A stretch of 61,607 bases of DNA, counting the filler. It is 4 parts of 4 records of this genome, joined end to end, with 100 filler letters (N's around TTAATTAATTAA, not from the genome) between each part and the next. Parts side by side here need not be neighbours in the genome. Positions count along the whole stretch, not along the records: positions 41,573 to 52,033 come from DRR723986_808; positions 52,134 to 61,607 come from DRR723986_812; 2 more parts are not named here. The stretch is one strand, 5' to 3'. Positions 49,942-60,225 of this stretch are shown here, one piece after another. The notes beneath the pieces were generated by a model. That model saw only the letters and a list, made by a program, of their open reading frames with translations. It was not told the origin of the DNA and made no database searches. The translations under genes and the position numbers were made by a program. Within the stretch, counting starts at the first letter, position 1. Every line of letters begins with the position of its first letter.

Positions 49942-50319
49942 ATGAGCGCGTATACATTGACCAAGACCCGCTTTCTGGAAGGCGTGTGGGAGGGGTTGCT
50001 GGTCTCTTCCGACGAGGCGGCGCCGGCGCCCGACATCGCGGTGATGCTGCATGACCGGCCCGTCGGCGGCGTGACGGTGACAGAGACCACGACCCCCGGG
50101 CGCTGGGCCATAGAGGTGCCGGTGCCGGTGCAGGCGGTGGGCGACGGGGTGCAGACCTTCCTGATCACCGATGCCCGCGCCGACGTGGTGCTCGACAGCT
50201 TCACCCTGATCGCCGGTGAGGCGCTGGCCGACGACATCCGCGCAGAAGTCGACCTGCTGCGGGCGGAACTCGACATGCTCAAGCGCGCCTTCCGGCGGCA
50301 TTGTCTGGAAACGACCTAG
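49942..50319 (+). CDS. Conserved hypothetical protein
   Basis: GVWEG...DGVQTF...RAEVDLLRAELDMLKRAFRRHC. GAGG RBS. Confidence 0.8.
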   Translation: MSAYTLTKTRFLEGVWEGLLVSSDEAAPAPDIAVMLHDRPVGGVTVTETTTPGRWAIEVPVPVQAVGDGVQTFLITDARADVVLDSFTLIAGEALADDIRAEVDLLRAELDMLKRAFRRHCLETT

Positions 50320-50527
50320 GCGGAAGAGCGCGGCGGCCGGTTCTTCGGCGCGCTCTCGTTTCTGCCGCCTTTGCCCGGCCCGGAACGCGCTCGGACAGCG
50401 ATGCGGCGGCGCTGCTTGCGTGATCCGCCTGCCCGGGGTGCGTCCCGGCTGACGGCTGCGTGGTCCGCCCCCCATTGACCCCGGCGCCCGGGGGCGTAGT
50501 CTGCGGCCATCCACGACAGGAGCCCCC

Positions 50528-51442
50528 ATGAATCCGACGCGCGCGATCGCGCTCAAACTGACTTCGGTCGTGCTGTTCACCATCATGGCGTCGCTCATCA
50601 AGGCCACTTCGGAGGTCGTTCCCACCGGCGAGGCGGTCTTTTTCCGCAGCCTGTTCGCCATGCCGGTGATCGTGGCATGGCTCTGGATGCGCGGCGATCT
50701 GAGGACCGGGCTCAAGGCGACATCCTGGATCGGTCACGCGTGGCGCGGCCTGCTGGGGGTGCTGGCCATGGGGTTCAACTTCGCCGCGCTGGGCCTCTTG
50801 CCGCTGCCCGAGGTGACGGCCATCGGCTTTGCCGCGCCGATGCTGACCGTCTTCGCCGCCGCCGTCCTTCTGGGCGAGCGTCTGCGCCTGTTCCGCACCC
50901 TGTGCGTCTTGCTGGGACTCGTCGGCGTCATGGTGGTGCTTTGGCCGCGCCTGTCGCTGGATACTCTCGAAGGCGCGGCGGCCTTGGGCGTGGGCCTCGT
51001 TCTGGCCTCGGCGGCTCTGCGGGCGCTGGTTCAGGTGCAGATCCGGCGCATGATCCAGGTCGAGGAGACATCCGCCATCGTCTTCTATTTCTCGCTGACG
51101 GCGACGGTGTTCTCTCTGGTCACCCTTCCCTTCGGCTGGACATGGCCGGAGCCATGGGCGCTGGGGATGCTGGTGGCCTCGGGCGTGATCGGCGGCGTGG
51201 CGCAGATCTTCCTGACCTCGGCCTATCGCTTTGCCGGGGCGGCGGTGGTGGCGCCCTTCGACTATGCCTCGATCCTCTTCGCGATCCTCTTCGGCTGGGT
51301 CTTCTTCGCCGAGGTGCCGACGGCCATGGTGATCCTTGGGTCTGCCATCGTCATCGCCGCAGGCGGCGCCATCATCTGGCGCGAACGGCAGCTGGGGCTG
51401 CGCCGCGGGCAGGCCCGGTCGAACATGACGCCGCACGGCTGA
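50528..51442 (+). CDS. DMT/EamA-family transporter
   Basis: About 10 TM, AVFFRS, LLGER, AYRFA.AAVVAPFDY. Confidence 0.92.
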   Translation: MNPTRAIALKLTSVVLFTIMASLIKATSEVVPTGEAVFFRSLFAMPVIVAWLWMRGDLRTGLKATSWIGHAWRGLLGVLAMGFNFAALGLLPLPEVTAIGFAAPMLTVFAAAVLLGERLRLFRTLCVLLGLVGVMVVLWPRLSLDTLEGAAALGVGLVLASAALRALVQVQIRRMIQVEETSAIVFYFSLTATVFSLVTLPFGWTWPEPWALGMLVASGVIGGVAQIFLTSAYRFAGAAVVAPFDYASILFAILFGWVFFAEVPTAMVILGSAIVIAAGGAIIWRERQLGLRRGQARSNMTPHG

Positions 51443-51445
51443 GGC

Positions 51446-52033
51446 CTATAGGTCGAAGAACTCCGCCGCCATGTAGGCGGGCCGCAGGAGCGCGCGCCGG
51501 TGCCGTCCCAGCGGGAACCGTCTTGGCGGCTGGCTGAGGAATGCGGGGCAGTGCTCGGGCTGCGCGCCCCGGACCAGAGCGGCGACGCTGGCGCCGGCGT
51601 GGGTGCCCATGGCGACTCCGTTGCCGTGAAACCCCATGGCGGCAAAGAGGCCCGGCGCGTCGGGCACGGGGCCGACGAACGGGTGCAGCCCGCGCATCAT
51701 GCAGATCAGACCTTCCCACGCGTGGGTGATGTCCACGTCTCGCCACGCGGGAAAGAGGGCGTGGAAATCCTTCCGGATGCGGCGCGACAGGCTGGCCCGT
51801 TCCCGCGGCGTGGCGCGCAACCCGCCGCGCATCCCGAAGAGGAAACGCCCCTCGGGCAGCTTGCGGAAATAGTGCAGCAGGACGCGGGAATCGAAGGCCA
51901 TCCGGTCGCTGGTCCAGCCCTGCGCGGCCTGTTCCCCCGGGGTCAGCGGGCGGGTGACGATCAAGCTGGACTGGACGGGCAGGGTGCGCCCGCGCAGCCA
52001 GTCCGGCAGGTCTTCGGAGGAATAGCCGTTGGT
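51446..52033 (-). CDS. FAD-dependent oxidoreductase (DAO family), C-terminal part
   Basis: TNGY..., YFRKLPEGRFLFG, GFHGNGVAM. Truncated by gap. Confidence 0.85.
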   Translation of the reverse strand, partial: TNGYSSEDLPDWLRGRTLPVQSSLIVTRPLTPGEQAAQGWTSDRMAFDSRVLLHYFRKLPEGRFLFGMRGGLRATPRERASLSRRIRKDFHALFPAWRDVDITHAWEGLICMMRGLHPFVGPVPDAPGLFAAMGFHGNGVAMGTHAGASVAALVRGAQPEHCPAFLSQPPRRFPLGRHRRALLRPAYMAAEFFDL

Positions 52034-52133
52034 NNNNNNNNNNNNNNNNNNNNNNNNNNNNNNNNNNNNNNNNNNNNTTAATTAATTAANNNNNNNNNNN
52101 NNNNNNNNNNNNNNNNNNNNNNNNNNNNNNNNN
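52034..52133. other. Artificial contig spacer
   Basis: 44 N + TTAATTAATTAA + 44 N. Confidence 0.98.
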
Positions 52134-53029
<896 letters not shown>

Positions 53030-53225
53030 GAAAACCCTCCTTCTGGTGAATCCGATCATCAACGGCAGCATCCTAGCACATTCCACGCGGCAATGCCGCA
53101 ACGGTACAGTGGCGCTTGCATTGATCGCCGTGCTGTTCCATATGTTGCGCGCCCTTGAAATAATCTTGCGCAAAGGGCATGTCCAGTAACAGGAAAATTA
53201 AACGTCTGGGGAGGCGAGCACAACA

Positions 53226-53726
53226 ATGCCAGGGGCAAAACTGGACCAAACCGACCGCATGATCCTGGCAGAGCTTCAGGGCAATGGCCGCATGACCAAT
53301 GTGGAACTCGCCAGCCGCGTGGGCATATCCGCCCCGCCGTGCCTGCGCCGCGTGCGAACGCTGGAAGAATCAGGCTTTATCCGAGGCTATCACGCCGAGG
53401 TCGATCCGCGTCTGCTGGGCTTCGAAGTGCAGGTTTTCGCCATGGTCGGGCTGCACAGTCAGGCCGAGGCAGATCTGGTCGCCTTCGAGGCACGCTGCCG
53501 GGAATGGTCGTTGGTTCGTGAATGCCACATGCTGAACGGCGAGATTGATTTCATCCTGAAATGCGTGGCGCCGGACCTGTCCACCTTCCAAAGCTTTCTG
53601 ACCGAACAGCTGACCTCGGCTGACAATGTCGCCCATGTGCGCACCTCGCTGGTGATCCGGGGTGCGAAGGACGATCCCGGCGTGCCGTTCGATGTGCTGG
53701 AAGACCGGATCGCACGCGAGGGCTAG
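53226..53726 (+). CDS. Lrp/AsnC-family regulator
   Basis: LQGNGRMTNVELA..VGISAPPCLRRVR..E. Confidence 0.95.
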   Translation: MPGAKLDQTDRMILAELQGNGRMTNVELASRVGISAPPCLRRVRTLEESGFIRGYHAEVDPRLLGFEVQVFAMVGLHSQAEADLVAFEARCREWSLVRECHMLNGEIDFILKCVAPDLSTFQSFLTEQLTSADNVAHVRTSLVIRGAKDDPGVPFDVLEDRIAREG

Positions 53727-53730
53727 GTCG

Positions 53731-55782
53731 ATGCTTCCGGTCAGCCCGGCGCGGATCAAGCAGCTGTACGGGCAGGCCATGGCCGCCCAATCCGCCGGTC
53801 GTGTGGAAGAGGCGCTGACGCTCTACGCGCAGGTGCTTCAGGCCCGGCCCGATCTGGCCGAGGCGCATTTTCAGGTGGGCCGCATCCATGCCGCGCGCGG
53901 CGATGCCGCCAAGGCGGAAACGGCCTTGCGCAAGGCTCTGACGGCGCGGCCAAAGGAACCGGCGATCTGGCAGGGGCTGGCGGCGGTGCTGACCGGCGGC
54001 AAGCTGAAGAAACTGCAACGAGAGGCCGTGGCAGCGGGCATCGTTCTGGGCAGCGGCTCGGATATCGCGCCCATTCTGCGCCAGATTGATCAAGGGCAGG
54101 CCAAGGCCGCAGAAACAGCCGCCTTCGCGCTTGTCTCACGCTTTCCAGGCGCGGCCGAACCGGCGCTGGCACTTGGCCTTGCCCGCAAGGCTGTTGGCAA
54201 TTTTGGGGGCGCTGTGGGGCCGTTGCAAAAGGCGGCGGATCGCGCCCCGGACGATCCCCGCGCGCTGCTTGCATTGGGCGAGTGCCATTTACAGCTTGGG
54301 CGGTTGCTATGGTCTGAACAGGCATTGGACCGCGCGGCCAAACTGGGGGCTGACATAACGCAGCCCATGGCGCGGGTCTTGCGCGAAACCTGCCGCCTCG
54401 AGGATGCAGAGACGCTGCTGGCCAAGGCCGTCGCCCGGCACAAGAAACGCCCCGATCTGCACCTTGACCACGGCGATACGCTGGCTGCGCTGCGCAGACC
54501 CAAGGACGCCCGCCGCGCCTATGAGGCGGCGATACGCCTTGGCCGTCCGCGTGGCCTGCTTGCGCGGCTGTCGGAAACGCTGGCCACCGAGGGCGAGACC
54601 GGGGCCGCCGCTGCCCTGATTGATGATCTTGTCCGGTCCGATCCAGCCAATCTCGCCTTTCGGACGATCCGGGGCCAGCAGCGCCAGACGGCAGGCGATA
54701 TGGACGGCGCGCGCGAGGATCTGCTGACAGCCATGCAGATCAGCCCCGACGCGGCAGAGGCGATCCGCTCCTATGTGGGTGGTGGCAAGATAACTGCCGA
54801 CGATCCGGTGCTGCCTTTGCTGGAACAACGGGTCGAGAATGCGTCGCTTCCGGCGCTAAGCCGCAGGGTGCTGGCCTTCGCCATGGCCAAGGCGCAAGAG
54901 GATCTGGGCCATCACGACCGGGTTTTCGCCTATCTTCACCGCGCCAACCGAATGATGCGGGCTGAGTTCCCCTACCGGTTCGAGGCTGATCTGGACGCTG
55001 CGCGGGCTCTGGTCGCAGGCTATGATGCCTTGCGAAAGGAACCCGCCCCGACCGGTTGCACCGACGATGCGCCGATCTTCGTCACCGGCCCGCCTCGGTC
55101 GGGCACGACGCTGGTGGAAACCATCCTTGCCGCGCATCCGCGCGTGACCGCAGGGGGGGAAATGCCGTTCCTCGTGCGGGCCCTGCATCTTCCGCTGGAT
55201 CGGCTGGCCGATGGCGCAGCCGCCATTGAGACGGGCTTTGCCGAGGCGGGCAGGCTTTACATGGCAGCCGCGCGGCGGCGATCGGGGGCCGGGGATATTC
55301 TGACCGACAAGGCGATTTCCACCTTCTCGCGCATCGGACAGGCGGCGCTGGCGTTGCCCAATGCGCGGTTCCTGCTGCTGCGCCGCGATCCGCGCGATGT
55401 GGGTCTGTCGATCTACCGCAACATGTTCCCTCAAGGCCGACAGCTATTTGCAACCGACCTTGCCGATATCGGGCGCTACCTGCGGCTCTATGAGGCGATG
55501 CTGGACCATTGGGCCGAAGCGTTGCCGGACCGGGTGCATGTCGTGGACTACGAGGCCCTGACCGCCGAGCCGGAACCGCAGATTCGCGCCCTGGTCGAGG
55601 CCTCCGGGCTGGACTGGGACGCCGCCTGTCTGGCGCCGCACAAGGCGCGGCGCACCGTGGCGACCCTCAGCTTCGCACAGGTGCGCCAGCCGATTTACCG
55701 CGCCTCTGTTGCGGGATGGAAACGCTATGAATCCGAGCTTGCCCCACTGTTGGAGGCGCTGGAAAAGCCGGTTCAGCTATAA
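53731..55782 (+). CDS. TPR-repeat sulfotransferase-domain protein
   Basis: N-terminal TPR-like helices, GPPRSGTT (5'-PSB), RDPRDVGLS (3'-PB), T.SFAQVRQPIY. Confidence 0.9.
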   Translation: MLPVSPARIKQLYGQAMAAQSAGRVEEALTLYAQVLQARPDLAEAHFQVGRIHAARGDAAKAETALRKALTARPKEPAIWQGLAAVLTGGKLKKLQREAVAAGIVLGSGSDIAPILRQIDQGQAKAAETAAFALVSRFPGAAEPALALGLARKAVGNFGGAVGPLQKAADRAPDDPRALLALGECHLQLGRLLWSEQALDRAAKLGADITQPMARVLRETCRLEDAETLLAKAVARHKKRPDLHLDHGDTLAALRRPKDARRAYEAAIRLGRPRGLLARLSETLATEGETGAAAALIDDLVRSDPANLAFRTIRGQQRQTAGDMDGAREDLLTAMQISPDAAEAIRSYVGGGKITADDPVLPLLEQRVENASLPALSRRVLAFAMAKAQEDLGHHDRVFAYLHRANRMMRAEFPYRFEADLDAARALVAGYDALRKEPAPTGCTDDAPIFVTGPPRSGTTLVETILAAHPRVTAGGEMPFLVRALHLPLDRLADGAAAIETGFAEAGRLYMAAARRRSGAGDILTDKAISTFSRIGQAALALPNARFLLLRRDPRDVGLSIYRNMFPQGRQLFATDLADIGRYLRLYEAMLDHWAEALPDRVHVVDYEALTAEPEPQIRALVEASGLDWDAACLAPHKARRTVATLSFAQVRQPIYRASVAGWKRYESELAPLLEALEKPVQL

Positions 55783-55822
55783 CCCCAAACCGAGGCGCCG
55801 ACCCCGTTTGGGAAGCGGCATT

Positions 55823-57262
55823 TCAGGCAGCGGTCCGCGCGAAGCGGGCGGTGGTCTCGTCGCAGCTATAGAGCGCGGCGTAGTCTTCGGCGGTTTCGGC
55901 CAGTTGCTCGACGCAGTCGATGACGAAATCCGCCTTTTCATCGGTCATCAGCGCTGACAGGTTCAGCCGCACCCAGCCCGGCTTTGCCAATTCCTGACCC
56001 GCTTCCAGCGCGGCGAACAGGGCTTCCGACTGGTCTTGTCCGATGCCAAGCAGGCGGTGCGCATAAGGCCCCGCGCAGGCACAGCCCCCGCGCGCCTGAA
56101 TGCCGTGAATGTCAGAGAGCATCCGGGTGAACAGCTGATGATGGAGATGGCCCCCATGCCCGTCGCGAATGCGAAAGGCGAAGATCGGCAGGGCCCTGGC
56201 GTCGGTATTCCCCAACAACTCCAGTCGCGGATTGGCCCGCCACCGCCGCAACGCGCGGACGCGCAGGATGCCCTGCCGCCGGTCCAGCCAGCTTTGACCG
56301 AGTGCCGCCTTCACCATCATCACCAGCGCCGCGCGGATATCGCCGACCACATTTGGCGTGCCCGCCTCTTCACGGGTCGACAACCGGTCTGAATATTTGT
56401 GCCGCCACGGTGACACGAAGCTGACGGTTCCGCCGCCGGGCAGGGTGGGCGTGGTCCGCGTCGCCACACCGTCGCGCAGGATCATCACGCCCGAAGCGCC
56501 CGGCCCGCCGGGGAACTTGTGGGCCGAGAACACGATGGCATCCTTGGCGCAATCGGTGCCGGTTTGCATCGACATCTCCATATACGGCCCGCCCCCGGCA
56601 AAGTCCCAGATGGCCAGCGCGCCGCCCTGTTTCAGCAGCCGGGTGACCTCGTCGCTATCGGTCATGATCCCGGTCACATTCGATGCCGCCGAAAAGCTGC
56701 CGACGATCAGCGCCGCGCCCTTGGCTGCGTCCAGGTGTGCCTGCAGGTCGTTCAGGTCCGGGCCGCCCGCCGCCGCTTCGGCCACTTCGATCACCTCGGC
56801 CCCGCTTTCGCGCCATGGCAGCAGGTTTGAATGATGCTCATAGGGACCGACCAGCACGACCACCCTTTCCCCGCGCGCCAGCCGTGCCGGAATGTCGAGC
56901 AAGGCCACCAGCCGGTTCAGCCCCGCCGTCGCGCCAGAGCCGGTGAACACAACGCTACACCCGTCATCCGCCCCGACCAGCGCGCCGATGCGCTGCCGCG
57001 CCTCTTCGCGCATCCGGGTCATGGCCGCGCCGCAATAGGAGGCCTCGGTATGGCTGTTCGCATAGTAGGGCAGCACCGCGTCGCGCACGAAATCCTCGAC
57101 CACTGTCAAGGCCCGGCCAGAGGCCACGTAATCCGCATAGATCAGGGGTTTTTCCCCGAATGGCGTGTCGATCAAGATGCCGTCACCGATGACCCCGGAC
57201 CGCAGGAATTCCACCAGATCATCCCGGTCGAGAGAGGCTTGAAAACGGGCGAGGGGGGTCAT
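55823..57262 (-). CDS. Class-V PLP aminotransferase / cysteine desulfurase-like
   Basis: YADYVASG, EHHSN, SNVTG, SAHKFPGGPG, RGGCACAGPY. Confidence 0.9.
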   Translation of the reverse strand: MTPLARFQASLDRDDLVEFLRSGVIGDGILIDTPFGEKPLIYADYVASGRALTVVEDFVRDAVLPYYANSHTEASYCGAAMTRMREEARQRIGALVGADDGCSVVFTGSGATAGLNRLVALLDIPARLARGERVVVLVGPYEHHSNLLPWRESGAEVIEVAEAAAGGPDLNDLQAHLDAAKGAALIVGSFSAASNVTGIMTDSDEVTRLLKQGGALAIWDFAGGGPYMEMSMQTGTDCAKDAIVFSAHKFPGGPGASGVMILRDGVATRTTPTLPGGGTVSFVSPWRHKYSDRLSTREEAGTPNVVGDIRAALVMMVKAALGQSWLDRRQGILRVRALRRWRANPRLELLGNTDARALPIFAFRIRDGHGGHLHHQLFTRMLSDIHGIQARGGCACAGPYAHRLLGIGQDQSEALFAALEAGQELAKPGWVRLNLSALMTDEKADFVIDCVEQLAETAEDYAALYSCDETTARFARTAA

Positions 57263-57373
57263 GTCGGGCTCCATCCTGTTGATATCAGGAAAATGACACG
57301 CGACTATGGTGATTTCATTGCCGATCTATTGATGATATCAACATATTTTGGGTCATATGATCGGAATATTGCC

Positions 57374-57841
57374 GTGAAGATAGATCAGATAGATTGCAAC
57401 CTGCTTGAGGCGCTTCAACAGGATGCCAGCCTGTCGCAACGGGCGCTGTCCGAAAAGGTCGGCCTGTCGCAGAACGCCTGCTGGCGGCGCCTGCGCACGC
57501 TGGAACAGCAGGGCGTGATTCGGGGCCGCACCGTATTGCTGGACCGGGCGCAGCTTGGGGCTACGCTGGTGGTGTTCGTGATGGTCAAGACGCGCCACCA
57601 CTCGGCCGACTGGCTCAACGCCTTTCGCCGTCATGTCCGGACAATTCCCAACGTCGTCGATTTCTTCCGCATCGGGGGGGAATATGACTACATGCTGAAG
57701 ATCGTGGCGCGCGATATGGCCGATTACGACCTGTGCTACAAACGGCTGATTGCAGGGGTGGAACTTGAAACCGTGACGTCCTTCTTCGCGATGGAGGCCA
57801 TCGAAGAGCAGCGCCCGATTCCGCTGCGCCCGATGGGCTAG
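57374..57841 (+). CDS. Lrp/AsnC-family regulator (DecR-like)
   Basis: LQQDASLS...VGLSQNACWRR, GEYDYMLK, VTSFFAME. Divergent from the PLP enzyme. Confidence 0.92.
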   Translation: MKIDQIDCNLLEALQQDASLSQRALSEKVGLSQNACWRRLRTLEQQGVIRGRTVLLDRAQLGATLVVFVMVKTRHHSADWLNAFRRHVRTIPNVVDFFRIGGEYDYMLKIVARDMADYDLCYKRLIAGVELETVTSFFAMEAIEEQRPIPLRPMG

Positions 57842-57889
57842 GCCGTTTCGCTGCGGACCAGGCCTGTCCGGGCTGCGATCCCGGCAACG

Positions 57890-57913
57890 AAAAAAGCGGC
57901 CCTGCGGGGCCGC
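57890..57913 (-). terminator. Rho-independent terminator for the 41-aa gene
   Basis: GCGGCCC-CGCA-GGGCCGC-TTTTTT on the minus strand. Confidence 0.8.
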
Positions 57914-57961
57914 CATTTCTCAGCGTTCTGCTGTCCGGGCCGGTCAGGCCCGCGCTATGGA

Positions 57962-58087
57962 TCAGGCCGAAGCCGCTTTGCGCAGCACGCTCCGGCGACG
58001 ATGACGTTTGCCACGCGACCAGGGCATTTCGATCTGTTCCTTCTGGCTTTCTTCCAGAACCTTTTCCATCCAGCGCCGTTTCAGCAT
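57962..58087 (-). CDS. 41-aa basic small protein (not in ORF track)
   Basis: GAGG/GAGAG RBS, MLKRRWMEKVLEESQKEQIEMPWSRGKRHRRRSVLRKAASA*, and its own terminator. Confidence 0.72.
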   Translation of the reverse strand: MLKRRWMEKVLEESQKEQIEMPWSRGKRHRRRSVLRKAASA

Positions 58088-58373
58088 CTCTCTCGTCCTC
58101 ATTTCATGCCGACCCTTTTCGGGTCATTTGATTTCCCGCTTCCGGGTTGAGGACAATCTGGCGGAACTTTCAGGCAGTCTTACGGCCCGCGCCCTAATAT
58201 CGCGTAAACAAAAGGGGCAAGAATGTGGCGTGGTTGCCCCCTGTCTCAAAAGGATAGTTCGTCTATCCCTTCGTGAATAAAAGCACCATTTGGGCAGAGC
58301 CTGCCCCCAATGCGCCAAAATTCGCCCTTCGCGCCGAAAAGCGTGGCAGCCTCGCCAGATTTGCAGACGTGCG

Positions 58374-59144
58374 TCAAAGACGAATCGCGGAAATGAGTCG
58401 CCCGTAATCTGCCTCGCCCTGATGGACCGAGCGGCGGTAGGAAAAGAACCGGTCAGGATCAGAATAGGTGCAATGGCGGGTCCATTCCGCCTGACCCAGA
58501 CCCGCGCGACGCAGGCGGTGCAGGCCGTAGGCGGGTAGATCGAACAGGAACCGGTCGCCCTCGCCATTGATGAAGAACATGGAGTTCTCGCGGTCCTCGT
58601 CAAAGAACATCTCGAAAAACTCTGGCCCGACCTCGTAGGCGCGCTGGCTGATAGAGGGGCCGATCACCGCATGGATATCCTCGCGCCGGGCGCCGAGACC
58701 TTCCATTGCCTCAACCGTGGATTCCAGCACCCCGTCCACCGCCCCGCGCCAGCCTGCATGGGCCGCGCCGATGACACCCGCCTTGCGGTCGGCAAACAGG
58801 ACCGGCTGGCAATCTGCGGTCAGAATGGCGATGGCGGTGCCGGGCGTCGCGGTTACGATCGCGTCGGCCTCGGGCCGGGGCAGGGGCTGCGCGTCATCGA
58901 CCGTGATGGCGCGGGTGGAATGGGTCTGATGCACGGTGACAAGCTGGATCAGCGGCACGCCCATGGCATCGGCCACGCGGGCGCGATTTGTTTCGACCAT
59001 GTTGGTCTGGTCAGATGATCCGGTGCCGCAATTGAGCCCCTTGAAGATGCCGGAGGACGCCCCGCCACGCCGGGTGAAAAACCCGTGCCGGACACCGTCC
59101 AGCAGGTCGGATGATATGATCTCGAGGCTGGTTGTCACGGTCAT
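58374..59144 (-). CDS. pgeF: Peptidoglycan editing factor / purine nucleoside phosphorylase (YfiH)
   Basis: HGFFTRRGG, LTADCQPV, HAGWRG, FFSYRR. Confidence 0.95.
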   Translation of the reverse strand: MTVTTSLEIISSDLLDGVRHGFFTRRGGASSGIFKGLNCGTGSSDQTNMVETNRARVADAMGVPLIQLVTVHQTHSTRAITVDDAQPLPRPEADAIVTATPGTAIAILTADCQPVLFADRKAGVIGAAHAGWRGAVDGVLESTVEAMEGLGARREDIHAVIGPSISQRAYEVGPEFFEMFFDEDRENSMFFINGEGDRFLFDLPAYGLHRLRRAGLGQAEWTRHCTYSDPDRFFSYRRSVHQGEADYGRLISAIRL

Positions 59145-59160
59145 CGGAATGCGGGGCCTT

Positions 59161-60225
59161 TCATGGGTCGAGGCCGGGGGGCAGGGGCGCGTCGGGCGGG
59201 GTCAGGGACATCACTTTGAACAGCGTTCCCATTTCCTGCCCATGCGTCAAGCGTCTGTGCGCCGCGATATGGGATGCGAGAGACGGACCGCTCATCTTTG
59301 CGGCAAGCGCCTGCGCCCGCGCGGTGATGCCAAGCCGTTCCAGAAACACGCCCTGCGGTGTCGGGCTCGATGCACGGGCGGGGCTGGCCGCCGCAGCCAG
59401 GGGCGCGAAGGCCAGATGCGCGGTCAGGTCGGCCTGACCGGGGCAGGTCAGGGGATCGACCGGCTTGTGATCCCTCAGCGCCTGGAACGTGTCGCCGATG
59501 CTGACGGCATCGCCATAATCGACGATCAGCGCCGCGCCGCCATGGGTCGCGATCCGGCGACCGATATCCTCGGCCAGCGGCAGGGCGGGGGTGTTGACCT
59601 CGACGATCTGGCCCTCGGTCGTGTCGGCCAGCCGGTCCTCCAGCATCTCGAAGGCGCTTTCCGGCCCCAGACCCCAGATCAGCCGGTCGCCCTCGGCCCC
59701 GATCATCCGTTCATGCCAGCCGGTCTTGCCGCGTTGAAACTGGCGGATGGGCAGGGCATCGAAGAACTCGTTGGCGAGCAGGAAGAGCGGCCCGTCCGGC
59801 AGGCTGGCCAGATGGTCGTGAAAGGTGATCTGGTGGCCCGTCAACGCCTCAGCCTGCTTGGCGCGGAGCGCGGGCGAGACCTCGACCAGATGCAACCGCG
59901 CGGCATCGTGAAAGCCGGGGACGGTCCGCGTGGCGCGCAGGACATCGGCCATCAGCGTTCCGCGTCCCGGCCCAAGCTCTGCCAGCAGAAACGGCGCGGG
60001 CGCGCCCTGATCCATCCAGACCTGCGCCAGCCAGAGGCCCAGAAGCTCTCCGAACATCTGGCTGATTTCCGGCGCGGTGGTGAAATCGCCCGCCGCCCCA
60101 AGCGGATCGCGGGTGGTGTAATAGCCATGGGTGGGGTGCAGCAGGCACTCGGTCATGAACTCGGCCAGCGTCATCGGGCCGGTCCGGGCGACACGCGTCA
60201 GGAGGTTGTCCCGAAGGGCGCTCAT
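59161..60225 (-). CDS. SAM-dependent methyltransferase (MidA/NDUFAF7 family)
   Basis: GDFTTAPEISQMFGE, ELGPGRGTL, ANEFFDALP, DYG, ADLTAH. Confidence 0.93.
   Translation of the reverse strand: MSALRDNLLTRVARTGPMTLAEFMTECLLHPTHGYYTTRDPLGAAGDFTTAPEISQMFGELLGLWLAQVWMDQGAPAPFLLAELGPGRGTLMADVLRATRTVPGFHDAARLHLVEVSPALRAKQAEALTGHQITFHDHLASLPDGPLFLLANEFFDALPIRQFQRGKTGWHERMIGAEGDRLIWGLGPESAFEMLEDRLADTTEGQIVEVNTPALPLAEDIGRRIATHGGAALIVDYGDAVSIGDTFQALRDHKPVDPLTCPGQADLTAHLAFAPLAAAASPARASSPTPQGVFLERLGITARAQALAAKMSGPSLASHIAAHRRLTHGQEMGTLFKVMSLTPPDAPLPPGLDP

Noticed and set aside
56831-57373. 336-aa version of the Lrp ORF
   Set aside because: The extension is antisense to the aminotransferase. The Lrp domain begins at GTG 57374.
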